Assembly (NCBI RefSeq): GCF_009914755.1
Contig: NC_060947.1
Length of the DNA: 64,000 bases
Source: the human T2T-CHM13v2.0 reference genome, Homo sapiens
Strand: one strand, 5' to 3'
The position numbers and the translations under genes were made by a program. Shown piece after piece: positions 12,583-33,698 of the stretch (the stretch's first letter is position 1; every line of letters starts with the position of its first letter). The notes under the pieces were generated by a model. The model was not told the DNA's origin and ran no database searches. It saw only the letters and a program-made list of their open reading frames with translations.

Positions 12583-13051
12583 CAATAGCAAAGACAAGGA
12601 ATCAACCTAGATGCCCATCAACAGTGAACTGAATGAAGTAAATGTGGTATATATGCACCATGGAAGACTGTGTAACCATAAAAAGGAACAAAATCATGTT
12701 CTTTACAGCAACATGAGTGGAGCTGGAGGCCATTATCCAAAGGGAATTAATGCAGGAACAAAAAACCAAATACTGCATGTTCTCACTTATAAGTGGGAGC
12801 TAAACATTGAGTACCTGTGGACACAAAGAAGGGAACAAGAGACACCAGGTCCTACTTGAGGGTGGAGGATGGAAGGAGGTGAGGATCAAAAAGCTACCTA
12901 TCAGGTTATGTTCATTACCTAGGTGACAAAATAACATGTATAACAAACCACTGAGATTTGTGATTTACCCATGTAAAGTACATGTGTGAAATCTGCACAT
13001 ATACTTCCTGAACCTAAACTAAAAGATGGAAAGAAAAAAATAAAATAAAAT
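12583..13051 (+). mobile_element. 5'-truncated L1 (L1PB/late L1PA) 3' end, inserted in an L2 relic
   Basis: caatagcaaagac...tgttctcacttataagtgggagctaaac...; TSD aaatggtgtaagc (12570-12582) / aaatggcgtaagc (13052-13064). Confidence 0.9.
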
Positions 13052-13299
13052 AAATGGCGTAAGCTTGGCCTCAACCTCAAGAATGAAGAGCAATGACTGA
13101 AATTGCTGAAGTATAGGGTGAGAAGTATAATAATAGCTGCCTGCAGAGATAAAAGGAAAGCAGGGCAGAAGGAGTGATCACCTTTTCCTGGCCTGTTATA
13201 TTCAGTGTGAGTCTTAGAAGGTGTCTGTGAGTCAGCTAGGTGGCCAGGAACATTCCAGACAGAGGGGAAAGTAACTGGTGTTTCCCATGTGCCTGTTAG

Positions 13300-13490
13300 G
13301 TACCCAAGAGTTTTACTGGCAATGTCTCATGTAGCCATCGAAACTACTCTGGGCAATGGGTATTATCACTCTCACTTTACAGATGAGAACTTGAAACTCT
13401 CAGAGGTAAGGCATTTGCCCAGGGCCATTCAGATAGCTTGAGGTGGAGGCAGTATTTGAGCTCAGAGCTGTTCCCCATGCTTTTCCCAGT
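13300..13490 (-). mobile_element. MIR SINE
   Basis: tattatcactctcactttacagatgagaacttgaaactctcagaggtaaggcatttgcccagggcc MIR core. Confidence 0.7.
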
Positions 13491-13635
13491 TTATCATGCA
13501 ACCTCCCCATTATAAACAAAGTCATGGTGGCCACTTTCACTGGTTTTATTTAAGAAATATTTATTGAGCATCCACTATGTACCCAATAAAGAATACATTG
13601 ACTGTATTCTCAAGAAGCGCTTTAAGAACCCTCAC

Positions 13636-13637
<2 letters not shown>

Positions 13638-13682
<45 letters not shown>
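13638..13682. repeat. (GT)n microsatellite
   Basis: About 22 perfect GT units. Confidence 0.98.
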
Positions 13683-13685
<3 letters not shown>

Positions 13686-14155
13686 TAATAATTTCTTCCC
13701 TCCTTGGTTGTAGGGCTCTTGACCCGTTCTTGGAGGATGTGGACCAAGCATGTTGCATTGTGTGCCCCCTAGAGAAGCCATACTAATTGGGTGATTTTAG
13801 AACCCCCAAAATGGAGATGGAGGTTGCCAATCATTCATTAAGTCAGTCAACCAATTACCAGCTTCGGTGGGGTTGAGCTCTGTGTATGAAGTGGACAAGG
13901 TGACAGGAAAGTAACATTCTTCCATAATTGCCACTTTCAAAAGAAATGGCTGCCTAATCGTGGACAGAAGACATAGGCCAGGCTCGACAATCAGTGCTGT
14001 AGGAGTTCTAGGGAAGGGGACTTATGGTGGACTGAAGAGACTGGGGAATGCTTCCTAGAGCAGTGATATTTCAAACATCTCTTATCATGGCTGGCTAGAT
14101 AGCAAGCATGAAGAGGAGAGGAGAGGTTAAAGTCTCACTTCCAAAAACCCGGGAG

Positions 14156-14299
14156 GACCACCTGTCGAGTACTATGTTAACTATTTGGGTGATGGGTTCA
14201 CTAGAAGCCCAAACCTCGCCATTATGCAATATACCTGTATAAAAGCCCTGCACATGTACTCCCTGAACCTAGAATTAAAAATAAGATAAAATAAAAATT
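14156..14299 (+). mobile_element. Short L1PB-like 3' end
   Basis: gggtgatgggttcactagaagcccaaacc...ctgcacatgtactccctgaacct plus A-rich tail; TSD aaaaacccgggag (14143-14155) / aaaaacccaggag (14300-14312). Confidence 0.85.
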
Positions 14300-15219
14300 A
14301 AAAACCCAGGAGATGCTTTAACCTCCAAATTCCACTGGGAAGGGTGTGTGAAAGTTGGAGGGTGGGGATGTGTCTCACTCTCCCTTTTTCTGGAACACAC
14401 ACAAAGCCACCCACAGAGTTAGTAAGTTGCACCATAAAATATGGCATGGCCATAAATGAAATTACAAAGGAATCGCTTCCAAAGGCTTCACCTTGAAACC
14501 TTAACTTCTACATTGAGAGCACACCATTTATTACCACTGCTGCTGGGAAAAGGAGCTGTTAGTGTAATACAGAGAAGAGAAGACAGGCAGGCTAAGGAGC
14601 AGAAAATGGTAAGATTTATTGTGGGAATAAAACCCTGAGCAAATTGCCTCTTGTTAAATGTGGGTGTTGGGACCATTGTCAAAGCAGCTGACTCCAGGCA
14701 AACACAATGGTCTTGCTGGAAAATTCTCTTCACTGCTCTGCACCTCTCTTTCTCTCTTTGTATGATGTCATGGTAAGTGATCTGATAAGAAAGGATTAGT
14801 GAGCAGGAAGATACTTTTTTTCCCTTTAGGTTCCTTGGTCCAACTGTCCCTTTACCACTTTATGCATGACTTCTTACTCAGGTGGCCTTCTAATCTACAT
14901 TCAACAGAACTCTTGTGAGGGCTTTCCATGGGGCAGCAACTGGGTAGGGGACACAGTGATGAATAACAGTGTTCTGGTCCTTACCTTAAGAGATCTACCT
15001 GAGCTTGACCTCTGGACCTTCTTATGTCTGGGAGGATGTGCAACCAGTCAAGCGAATCTTGGCATCAACAACCTGAAGCCCCATAAGAACCTGGCTTCTC
15101 CTATTTTTGGAAGCATTAAAGTTCAAGATTCTAGCCTAGCCAGAGAGCCTAGGGTTCTCCTCTGACTTCTTGTCAACTATAAGCTCTTAACACTGGGTAA
15201 ATGATACAAACTAACAAGA

Positions 15220-15587
15220 CTGGCACTGTCCAATAAAACTTTCTGCAATGATGGAAATGTTCTGTATTTTCACCGTCCAATATAATAGACAGTAGCCACA
15301 GGTGGCTATTGAACACTTGAAATGTGGCCAGTTGGAACTGGGATGAGCTGCAAGTGGAAAATATACTTTGAATTTCAAAGCCTAAGTACCCTCATCCTGA
15401 ATAATGCAAAACATCTCAGTAATAATTTGTATGTTGATTCCATGTTAAAAGTATAATCATGTGGGTATACTGAGTTAGATATGCTACTAAAATTAATTTC
15501 ACCTGTTTCATTTTACTTTTAAATATGCTACTAGAAAATTTTATATTATATATGTGGCTTGTATTATATTTCTGTTGAACACCACTG
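15220..15587. mobile_element. MER33/MER3-like hAT-Charlie MITE
   Basis: gcactgtccaataaaactttctgcaatgatggaaatgttct...gtggctattgaacacttgaaatgtggc...aaattaatttcacctgtttc...tgttgaacaccactg. Confidence 0.75.
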
Positions 15588-15854
15588 TTCTAAACCTTGG
15601 TTTAGAGGGGCTAGACCAGAGATTGGAAAAGTGAACTTATCTCAAAATTGCTATAATTTTCCCCACACCTGACCCATTGTGAGTTGTCTACCGGACAGTG
15701 GGAACTGTGGTCAAGATGCTGTCAGTGCCCCACCCACAGCCTCTCAGCACTTGCCATTCTAGAACATGCTGAAGTCATCCTATTTCAAGAACTTACAGCT
15801 CTTCCCCTTACAGTTCTTGATCAGCCTGCAGGAGGGGAGCCCAGCAATGCCTCC

Positions 15855-17177
15855 AAATTGACAAATGGGATCTAATTAAACTAAAAAGCTTCTGCACAGC
15901 AAAATAAACTATCATCAGAGTGAACAGGCAACCTACAGAATGGGAGAACATTTTTGCAATCTACACATCTGACAAAGGGCTAATATCCAGAATCTACAAA
16001 GAACTTAAACAAACTTACAAGAAAAAAACAAACAACACCATCAAAAAGTGGGCAAAGGATATGAACAGACATTTCTCAAAAGAAGACATTTATGCGGCCA
16101 ACCAACATATGAAAGAAAAAGCTCATCATCACTGACTATTAGAGAAATGCAAATCAAAACCACAATGAAATACCATCTCATGCCAGTTAGAAAGGCGATC
16201 ATTAAAAAGTCAGAAAACAACAGATGCTGGATAGGATGTGGAGAAATAGGAACGCTTTTACACCATTGGTGGGAGTGTAAATTAGTTCAACCATTGTGGA
16301 AGACAGTGTGGTGATTCCTCAAGGATCTCGAACCAGAAATACCATTTGACCCAGCCATCCCATTACTGGGTATATACCCAAAGGATTATAAATTATTCTG
16401 CTATAAAGACACATGCACATGTATGTTTATTGTGGCACTATTCACAATAGCAAAGACTTGGAACCAACCCAAATGCCCATCAATGATAGAGTGGATAAAG
16501 AAAATGTGGCACATATACACCATGGAATACTATGCAGCCATAAAAAATGATGTGTTTGGCTGGGCACGGTGGCTCACGCCTGTAATCCCAGCACTTTGGG
16601 AGGCCGATGTGGGCAGATCACGAGGTCAAGAGATCAAGACCATCCTGGCCAACATGGTGAAACCCTGTCACTACTAAAAATACAAAAAATTCATTGGGCA
16701 TGGTGGCACATGCCTGTAGTCCCAGCTACTTGGGAGGCTGAGGCAGGAGAATCATTTGAACCCACAGGCAGAGGCTGCAGTGAGCTGAGATTGCGCCACT
16801 GCACTCCAGCCTGGTGACAGAGTAAGACTCTGTCAAAAAAAAAAAAAAGAATTCACGTCCTTTGCAGGGACATGGATGAAGCTGGAAACCATCATTCTCA
16901 GCAAACTAACACAAGAACGGAAAACCAAACACCGCAGGTTCTCACTCATAAGTGGGAGTTGAATGATGAGAACACATGGACACAGGGAGGGGAACATCAC
17001 ACACAGGGGCCTGTCTGGGGGTGGGGGGCTAGGGGAGGGATAGCATTAGGAGAAATACCTAATGTAGATGACTGGTTGATGGGTGCAGCAAACCACCATG
17101 GCACGTGCATACCTATGTAACAAAACTGCACATTCTGCACATGTACTCCAGAACTTAAAGTATAATAATTAAAAAAA
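15855..17177 (+). mobile_element. 5'-truncated L1PA7/8-like element (ORF2 C-terminus plus 3'UTR)
   Basis: aaattgacaaatgggatctaattaaactaaa...; ORF fragments [25 protein letters not shown] and [19 protein letters not shown]; 3' end cagaacttaaagtataataatt. Confidence 0.9.
16558..16848 (+). mobile_element. AluSc-like, inserted in L1PA7/8
   Basis: gatcacgaggtcaagagatcaagaccatcctggccaacatgg and cctggtgacag diagnostics; poly(A). Confidence 0.9.
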
Positions 17178-18129
17178 GGAACTCTCAGCATATAATAAAT
17201 GAAAGTTGGAGGATAAATATCCCAGTTTCCATGCCCCTCAAATGGCACACTCTAAGATATTTCCTACACAGTTTTTTAGAGTTCCCCAGCAGGGTTGAGC
17301 CTCAGCAACCCACAGTGGTACTGTGCACAACAATACTCCCTTTATTGGCTTCCTTTCCTTCCCTATTTCACTTCCCCATTCCTCTATAAGTGCTTCCTGG
17401 GGTCACCTCCTAAATAAGCTACTGCACTCCCATTCTTTTCTTAGGGTCTGCATCTGGGTGAACTCAACCTAAAATAGCCAATTAACTAGCCCTGAAAGGT
17501 AATGATGTTTAGAGGCACTGTCCCAGGAGCCTTTGAATGGCTTCTCCTGTTTTATCAGTTCATCAGGATCTCTTGCACATTAACCAACAAGTAGATTGCT
17601 TTGTGTTGTTCTCGAGTTTGTCCTATCCCACAGAACTGCAGACATAATTACTTGGCACTCTCTCCTTGCCCTCCCAAACATACCACCTCACATGAGTTGG
17701 CATTTTCAGCTACATTTTGCCTGTATTAATGACTTCTATTTTAATACTAGTTTCCAACCTCAATTTTCATCAGACAGAGCTCCTGGTTTCATTTTCTCCT
17801 AATCGTAATAAGATGCCGCGAGACATCTTAAACATGATGGGTCCTGGGTGGGTGTAAATTGTTTGCTGCTGTTGAAGACACGCTGGGAGAGAATCTTCCG
17901 GGATCTGAAAGGAAATTGTTCCAGATGTCAGAAATCCAGCGCCAAAAAAATAAAAATAAGCTCCAGTTACTAAACTGATTAGGGTCTGGTATTTCAGAAA
18001 TAAGAGAGCCTTCAGGATGAACAAAATGTGAAATCTCTGGAAGTGGTCCAGAGATTCAGCAAATATATGGTTTAGGAGTATTCTGGAAGCTGGAAGATGG
18101 CTTGTGGCCAATTAAAGAATCATTTTCTT

Positions 18130-18300
18130 ATGTCACATGAGAGATTAGAATCCTAGAAGAGCAGGAAGAGATCTTGAGAATGCTCTTATCCACCCTTCAC
18201 TCTCTAATTTTATGAGTGAGAAAAACGAAAGCCCAGAGAGGTGAAATGATGAGCCTACACACGCACTGATAATGAGCTGAAACTAAAACCAAGACCGGTT
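18130..18300 (-). mobile_element. MIR fragment
   Basis: attttatgagtgagaaaaacgaaagcccagagaggtgaaatga. Confidence 0.55.
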
Positions 18301-18556
18301 CCTTTTTTACAATCCCAAAGCATTATCCCCTAGTCTATACAGAAAAAACAATGATTCCAGACCAACAACCATTGCTTCCACCCCATAACCAGGGAGGACT
18401 GGAGAGTCAGGACATCCAAGGGAAAGACTAGAATTCTCAGAGCCATCTCTTGGCTGTGCAAAATGATGGAAACCACATTTGGTAGCTCCTCCGGGAGGGT
18501 ACCCAGGGTCTATCTAGAGGGCTGGCCTGTGAAATACACTGCATTAAAAATAATCC

Positions 18557-18859
<303 letters not shown>

Positions 18860-19129
18860 GAAGTTCAATATGGTGAAACAGCATGAGAACCAGAAGAGTA
18901 TTTCTGGTACACCCTTATGATCTTATGATGCTGGGCTCTGTGCTAGGCCCCCAAGGATCTGAATCTGTTGTAGACTTGTGCTCTCCTCTGAAGTTGTTTC
19001 TAACTGAAATGGTGGAGACAAGGCAGACAATAAGCCTATTTAAAATATATAAAGGTGATTACCAAGTCTCTTTCACCACAACACTCATAAGCTCTTCAGG
19101 ATTAGAGACTATATTTTTATTGATTAATT

Positions 19130-19780
19130 CACAAATGTAATCAACCAATTTACTGAGTGCCTACTATAAGTCACTAGGAATGGGAAGGGGTGCTACATGA
19201 AATACAAGGTGGAACAAAAGCTGTCTCAAGCCCTCGAGTGGCTTCTTCCCACCTCATCAGAATACAAATCCAAGTCCTTATAATCTTCTGTAAGATCTGT
19301 CCTGATTGCAAAATGCTTTACTATCCCTCTGGTATGTTGACATTCATAGTCTCTGGTTGGAGATATTGAAGACTGTTGCATGAGAAGACTAGTTTCATTC
19401 AGTCAGTTTTATTTATTCATGTGTTCATTTATTCAACACAGATTTATTAGTTATCACCTCCACATCAGGGCCTGTGCTGAACACTGGGTCATTGTTGGAA
19501 AATAATGTTTACCCGTTCTCATGAAGTTTGTAGTTTATAGAGAGGAAATCAAGCAATAAACAGGTTGGAAAATGCCTAAATGACAACACATTGTGATACA
19601 CTCTGAAGAAAAAAAACAAGACCTAGGAAAAAGAATAGTGGAGGAAAGCTAATTTATGTTCAGAGTCAGAAAAGGCATCTCTTGCAGAAGTAACATTTAA
19701 ATTAAAGCTCTAAAGAGGCAGATTAGTCAGCTAGGGGAAGAGGTCAATGAGTTTTTTCAGGTAGACAGAATAGATTGCCA
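19130..19780 (-). mobile_element. L2 fragments
   Basis: caaccaatttactgagtgcctacta; ttcatttattcaacacagatttatt...gtgctgaacactggg...ctcatgaagtttgtagttta. Confidence 0.55.
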
Positions 19781-19994
19781 GGGAGGTTCCGAAGCTGGTA
19801 CACTGATAGCCGTCTACCCTACCCTTGAGCTTTGGACACACCCTACATTGAGCATCCTTGTGGACCACTCCACCCTCAGGAAACTAGTTGAGGTAGGTGT
19901 GTGAAAGGGGAAAGCATCTCTCAAGGTACAATCAATTCAACAAACAAGAGTTCTGGGAGAAGTTATAGAGAATGAGCACATGAGGTTGTCTCCC

Positions 19995-19996
<2 letters not shown>

Positions 19997-20051
<55 letters not shown>
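19997..20051. repeat. (CA)n microsatellite
   Basis: About 27 perfect AC units. Confidence 0.98.
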
Positions 20052-20054
<3 letters not shown>

Positions 20055-20404
20055 CCCTTCAAACTTGGACAGACTTCGATGGCACCAAGTAAGATACACT
20101 CTTGTTTCTACTGGGGACACAATATGTGAGCCAGAAAAATCAGAATAAATTATCTTGGCTTTCTTCCTTGTCTTCTTTAGGATTTTATCCCAGCAAAGCC
20201 TGACCTCTGTTCTGTACACATTGAACTTAGAAGGCTTTCCCACTTGTCAGTTGAACTTGAAGTATCTGAAGCTGTACTTTCCTTGTCTGTAATATGGGTA
20301 CATTATAATTGCCCTATTTCTTCACAACAAATTTTATGCAAAAGTTTTAGAAAATATGAAGCATTGTAAAAATACATAACATTTTAAAAGAGATTTTATT
20401 TTTT

Positions 20405-27210
<6,806 letters not shown>

Positions 27211-27442
27211 GTTTATTTTTTTAGGGCAGTTTTAGGTTCGCAGCAAAATTGAGTGGAATGTACAGAGATTTTCCATATGCCCACTGCCTCTACAGTGGCA
27301 CAGCCTCCCCCATTATCACCATCTCCCACTAGAGTGGTACATTTGTTACCATCGATGAACCTACATTGACACACCATTATCACCCAAAGTCCACAGTTGA
27401 CATTAGGGTTCATTCTTGGTGTTGCATATTCCATAGACTTTG
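27211..27442 (-). mobile_element. L1MB-like 3' terminal fragment (host of the L1PB1 insertion)
   Basis: gcagttttaggttcgcagcaaaattgagtggaatgtacagag...agagtggtacatttgttacc; its apparent TSD agcattgtaaaaata (20360-20374) / agcattataaaaata (27443-27457) brackets the L1PB1. Confidence 0.75.
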
Positions 27443-27470
27443 AGCATTATAAAAATATAGTAGTAATAAT

Positions 27471-27962
27471 TGTGCTGATCATTCTTCAGCCCCCTATCCC
27501 AAGATGCATGCTCTATCCTTCTTTGCTCTGATCCGTGCCAGGAGAGGCAGACTGCATCACCCACGCTCCCCTGCCAGCTGATTTCTAATTGGATTTAGCC
27601 AATGAGAGGGCCCAGCAGGTGATAAAGAAGGCAGTAAGAGAGAAAGTTTAGAATATTTCTTTTCCCTGGTCTCTCCGTTTCAGCACTCCATCTCTGGTGA
27701 GAGCTGGGTCCCTTCATAACAACATATCCTGATAGGTGGCCCCTTTTCTATGGCCTAAGCTCTCACTGGGATCCAGTGACACTATTTCCTCCCTGTCTCC
27801 TTTAGCACACGTAAGATACTGGTCGCTCATCATAGTTTCTTGGTGTTTTAATATCCCTTGTTGGTTCCTTTACCTTGCTCATAAAGTAATCTTTTCATTC
27901 AAGTCTCTTCATTTGAACCATCTGGGCTGAGTTCTTTTTCTTGTTGGAACCTTGATTCATAT
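27471..27962 (+). mobile_element. LTR33-like ERVL solo LTR
   Basis: gactgcatcacccacgctcccctgcc...ttggatttagccaatgagagggcccagcaggtgat. Confidence 0.6.
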
Positions 27963-28129
27963 CAACATAACAACAGCAGCAGCCATAATAACTCAACAAC
28001 AACTTTGTTGAATGCTTACAATGTGCCAGGTGCTATGCTAATCTCTTCAAAAGCATTGGCTGTATTAAGGGATAATTGTCAAAGAAAGTATAATCATGAC
28101 TTTCATACAGATGTAAAGTGAACACATGT

Positions 28130-28609
28130 TGATAAAGACTCTCTCTTTGACGAAACTTTAGACAGGCTCCTCTGAACCTTCTTTTCAACTAGGCCTCATT
28201 CTTGGGCCTTGTATTCAGCCTGCCTAGCCCAGTTTTAGCAAGAATCTTGCTAAGTCAGTTTAGTGAGAATCTCCCCCTCCTTGAAATCTGATTACTTTTG
28301 ATATCTGATCAAATTCCTCATTCTCCACCTTTGATGTCTGATCACCCTGGCCTGCCTTCAGCAAGAATCCTGTTAAGTAGGATTAGTAAAAATCCCCCTA
28401 CCGTTGATGTTTCCTCTCAGTAATTTTCCATCCACTGACTCCCCAACCGCAACTCTGCTCATTGGCTACAAATCCCCATCTGTATTTGTTGTATTCGGAG
28501 TTGAGCCTGACCTCTCTTCCCTATTGTGATAGTCTTGATGAATGTCTCAATAGGCCTGAATAGTCTTCCTTACCATTTTAGCAAGTATCAGAATAATTTT
28601 TCTTTAACA
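28130..28609 (+). mobile_element. 5' LTR (MER31-like)
   Basis: tgataaagactctctctttgacgaaactttagacaggctcctctga ... aatttttctttaaca (TG...CA). Confidence 0.85.
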
Positions 28610-29685
28610 GTTATGGTGACTTATGAGTGAAACAGGATCAGAGTCATCATTGGATCCTTAAGCCTCTCACCAGGACCCCAAGTAAAGATAGATTGGAGAT
28701 TCATTGGTAGTCCAACTCCTGAGCTAATGCTCTGAATACCAGTACACTGAAGCAGGGTATGGACCAATTTTGAATTCTTAAGATTCTGAATATACTCTCC
28801 GAGGCTAGGATAGAATTTCAGCATTTTTTATTTGAAAGGCACCTCCTGAGCTGGAAGGTCTTCTTGGCTCCTTGTTTCAAGTAGATATTCACTCCCTGAC
28901 TCTTGGGCTGAAAGTCCTTCTTTCTGGCTCTTTGTTTCAAGTGGGGATTTATTACCTGATTCCTGTGCTGAAAATTTTTTGTTGGCTCTTTGTGAAGTCT
29001 CTCTGTGCCTTTTATTTGATCTTGCTTCTCCCATAGGAATGTCTGAAACCCCCCTTCTGGAATTCCTGTTGACTATATGCTCCACTAATAGGGTACTTTT
29101 TCTGCCCACTTTCTTTCTCGTTGGCATGATTTTACTAAGAATAATCTAGAACTTCAATGCCTTCCCCAAACTAGCTCTTGTAAGACCTCTCCCTTCCCAT
29201 CACCTCTGCTTCTCCTTCCCCCTTTTACCACCTTAAGTCTTCAATTCAGTACCCTTGAGTCCCTTCATGCCTTTATCTCTTCTATCCCTCTGTTCACTCC
29301 CTGCCAGACTTTTCCTATCCCACTCCAGCCCCTCAATTCTCTATTGTCACTTGAACTTTAGCCCTCCTACCTCCCATTGTGGGGATCTCAATGGACTCAG
29401 GGACTCCTAATGGCAACTACCTAAGGCTAAAAAGAAAAACAGAGTAATTGGAAACAGACTGGATATTTTATTCACTCAGATGGATTTTGGAAACACCCAG
29501 ACAGCCACTTGGTATTTGCAAAAGATCCCTCACCTAAAATTTGGTCCACAGCCTCCATAATATTACATATCAGGGCAAAAGAAAATCTTAATAATCTCCT
29601 CTGCAAATATTGGCAAAAAGCATTAGCCTCATATTGAGCAGGTAACCTTAACTTTTTTCATCTGACAGAAGCACAATTCAGATAA

Positions 29686-30058
<373 letters not shown>

Positions 30059-33000
30059 TAGTGAGTTTATATTACTGTATTTTTACCTGACTCATGGTTA
30101 AAATTTTAGAATGGAAGCTAGAAGGCTTCTATTTGTGTCTGTTTATATGTTCATTTAAGTATGTAAATGTGTATATGTGATAGTTTCCTACATCCAGATG
30201 GTATTACCAAGTTAATTCACAAAATCCCATAAAGAAGTGCTATTCAAATTGGCTTACATATACATAAGCACTTACATAAATTAAATATTTCTAAAACTCC
30301 CAGAAATATAGAACTAACCCAAATATTTTTCAAGTGCATACAGTTTAGGTAAATCTTTGGCAAATAAGACTAGTGTGATACTGGTTTCATAAAAACAGAT
30401 ATGTCTTCTAAATTATCATTATTTATAATATGAATATACATTTGTATTCTACTTGGGTTTACTACTCAAATAAGGTAATATTACCTCTGCCAAATGATTA
30501 AAATTATAAATATTATAAATTCAAACTAAACAAATGTATGAGTAAAGATGCACGAAAATGAATTTCTTGATATCCATTACTTCATGTATATCAACAGCAG
30601 CAGTAAAACAAAAAACTCATGTACTTTTTTTTTAGGTTTTTGCTTTTTGATACTTGCCTAATATGCATGTGCTATAAAAATATTTATCAGGGAAGTAACT
30701 TGAGATGATGGCTAGCTTTGTTTAATGTCTTAAGAAAATTTTTATGAACAATCCAAGCATAATTGTTAAGACCATTTGTATTAAGTTGATGTAAGTAGAA
30801 TGAAAGTTGGACAATAAGGACAAAGGGAAACTGTATGCAAAGCCTGCAAGGTATGTAGGATATATATTTGTTAAGGGAAAAAGAATAATTTTGTCCTAAA
30901 GTATAAAGAGGAAAATGTAGGACAGAAATTGAATGGATATAAAAAATTGTAGAAAGAGAGTGATGTTAGCAAGATGGAGGAATAGGAATTCCTGGCCCTT
31001 GTATTGCCACAGAAATACCAATTCAACAATTATCCACAGAATAAAATACCTTTATGGTAGTCCAGAGTCCAGTTGACAGGCTCTAGTACCTTAGTGGAGA
31101 ACACAATCAGAGAATGCCCACACTAAAAAGGGTAAGAAGAATATTTTCACTTTACCTGCGTTATCTTTCTCCCAAGATGGCACAATTCAGGGCCAAGAGA
31201 GACCCACCCTCAGCCTGTGATTTTTCCTAAGGGGGAAAGAGAAGGTGACGTGAACATTCAGCTTCCCTAGTCCTTGAGGGTGCTGCCCAGAATGCTTCTC
31301 TCTCTCCTCACCCAGAATGCTGAGGGAACCAGTATGACTAGATTGCCTGGGGGCAGCCAAGAACAAAATAAAGGGACAGGTTCTCAAACAAACTGACAAG
31401 CAGATTTCAACAACCAGCCTGCAGACCCTGCCAGCCAGCCTGTGGACCCCACTGGTCATCCCATTCACAGACTCCAGCAGCAAACTAGCCCACAGACTTT
31501 GGTAGTCAGCTTGCACATGCCCCCATAAATGGTGCCTCATGTGCCCTCACAGATGGCATCCAGAAGCTGGCATGGATCTCTGCAGCTGGCATGGATCTCT
31601 GCAGCTGGCTCAACTGCAGAATTTGGAGAAGGTTCACAACCTTGTGATTGATTATTCTGGGAGGAGGGACAGAATTGGAGCTTGCACCCATTGTTCCAAC
31701 ATCTTGGTGCACTGATCTTGGGAAAAGAATTAAACAGCTCTCAGAACCTGGCATGGCTCTGCAGGATTGAGAGAAGACCTAAAATCCTAAGACTTCTCCT
31801 CTAGGAAGGAGCAAGAAGAGTGGAGCAGGTGCATCCATAGAAAAGTGCTGAGAGACACCCAGAATCTCTAGCAGGGTTGACTGGTAAGGGTCTTTCCCTA
31901 ATGAAGCCAGTTCATAAAGATTAAAAGAGGTGACTGCTTCTTCAAATGTGCAGACACCAACACAAAGCCACAAGGAACATGAAGAATTGGAAAAAACATA
32001 ACACCAACAGAGAACCAAATAAAAATTTAGTGACTGACCTCAAAGAAATGTAGATCTACACATTTTCTGACAAAGGATTCAAACTAATCATCTTAAAGAA
32101 GCTCAGTGATCTACAAGAGAACACAGAAAAGTAAATGAAGTCAGAAAAACAATACATGAACAAAGGAGAAGTTAAAGAGATAGAAATCATAAAGAATCAA
32201 ATAGAAATTCTGGAATAAAATGACGGAACTGAAAATTCAATAGAGAACATCACACATATACTTGGTTGAACAGAAGAAAGAATCAATGAACTCGAAGACA
32301 GATCATTTGAAATTATCCAGTCAGAGGAACAAAGAAAAAAGAATGAAAAAAAAAAAGAGTGAAGAAAGCCTATGGAACTTATGGAATACCATCAAGTGAA
32401 CTAATATAGACATTATGGCAATTCCAGAAGTAAAGAAGGAAGAGAAAAAGGCAAAAGCTTATTTTTAAAAGTAATGGATGAGAGCTTCCCAAATCTGAGG
32501 AGAAAAATGAACATCCAGATTCATGAAACCCAAAGAACCCTAAAATATTGAACTTAAAGAGGTCTACACTGAGATGCATTATAATTAAATTGTCAAAACT
32601 CAAAGACAAAGGAAGAATTTTGAAAGCAGCAAGAGAAAAACGACTTGTTACTTACAAAGGAGCCTCCATAAGACTATCAGCAGACTTCTCAGCAGAAACT
32701 TTGCAGGACAGGAGAGAGTGGATTGACATATTCAAAGAGCCAACAGGAAAAAAACCTGGCCAACCAAGACTACTATACCTGACAAAACTGTCCTTCAAAA
32801 ATGAGGAAGAGACAAAGATTTCCCTAGAAAAACAAAAACTGATGAAGTTTATCACCAGTAGACCTGCCTTACAAGAAATGCTAAAGAGAGTAAAGGGAGT
32901 TCTTTGAGTTGGAATGAAAGAACACTAAAGAGAAACATGAAAGCAAATGCAAGCATATCTCTCACTGGTAAAAGTAAATATATAGACAAATATAGATTAA

Positions 33001-33202
33001 TGTAATATCCCTGTGTTGTTCAAGGTAGACTATATATTACTACAAAGAAATCAAATCAAAAGAAAGATGGCAAAAGAAAAAGAGAGGAACAAAAGAATCA
33101 CAAAACTGACAGAAGACAAATAATGAAATGGCAATAATAAGTCTTTACCTATGAATAATTGCTTTAAATGTATATGGATTAAAGTCATCAATAAAAAGAT
33201 AT

Positions 33203-33336
33203 GGCCAGGTGCAGTGATATGCATCTGTAGTCCCAGCTACTCAGGAGACTGAGCTAGGAGGATTGTTTAAGCCCAGGAGTTCAAGTCCAGTCTGTGCAAC
33301 ATAGTAAAACCCAATCTCTAAAAAAAAAAAAAAAAA
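33203..33336 (+). mobile_element. FLAM (free left Alu monomer)
   Basis: About 120-bp monomer plus poly(A); TSD aaaaagatat on both sides. Confidence 0.85.
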
Positions 33337-33698
33337 GATATGGAGTATCTGAATGGATAAGAAACAAGTTCCAAGTATAGGATATCTGCAAAAGACTCAC
33401 TTTAGATTTAAGGATGCACATAGGCTGAAAGTGAAGGGATTGAATAAGATATTCCATATAAATGGTAACCAAGAAGGTTTAAGTGGCTATACTTAGTTAG
33501 ACATTAAGTCAAAAAATGTCACAAGAGACAAAGAAACTTATACAATGATAAAAGGTCCATTTGACAAGAAGATATAACAATTATAAATAAATATGCACCC
33601 AACATCAGAGCACCAAAATATATAATGCAAGCATTGACAAATCTGAAGGAAGAAATAGATAGTAATACAATAATAGTAGGAGACTTCAATACCCCACT

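Larger units (their letters stand above)
15706..17476 (+). mobile_element. LTR16-family solo LTR split by L1PA7/8 (parts about 15706-15854 and 17178-17476)
   Basis: 5' tgtgg...gatgctgtcagtgccccaccca; 3' cccacagtggta...tttattggcttcctttccttccc...cacctcctaaataagctactgcactc. Confidence 0.7.

Noticed and set aside
15840-17200. Insertion-mediated deletion at the L1PA7/8
   Set aside because: The TSD is unclear, but both halves of the host LTR16-like element are present, so no large deletion is supported.
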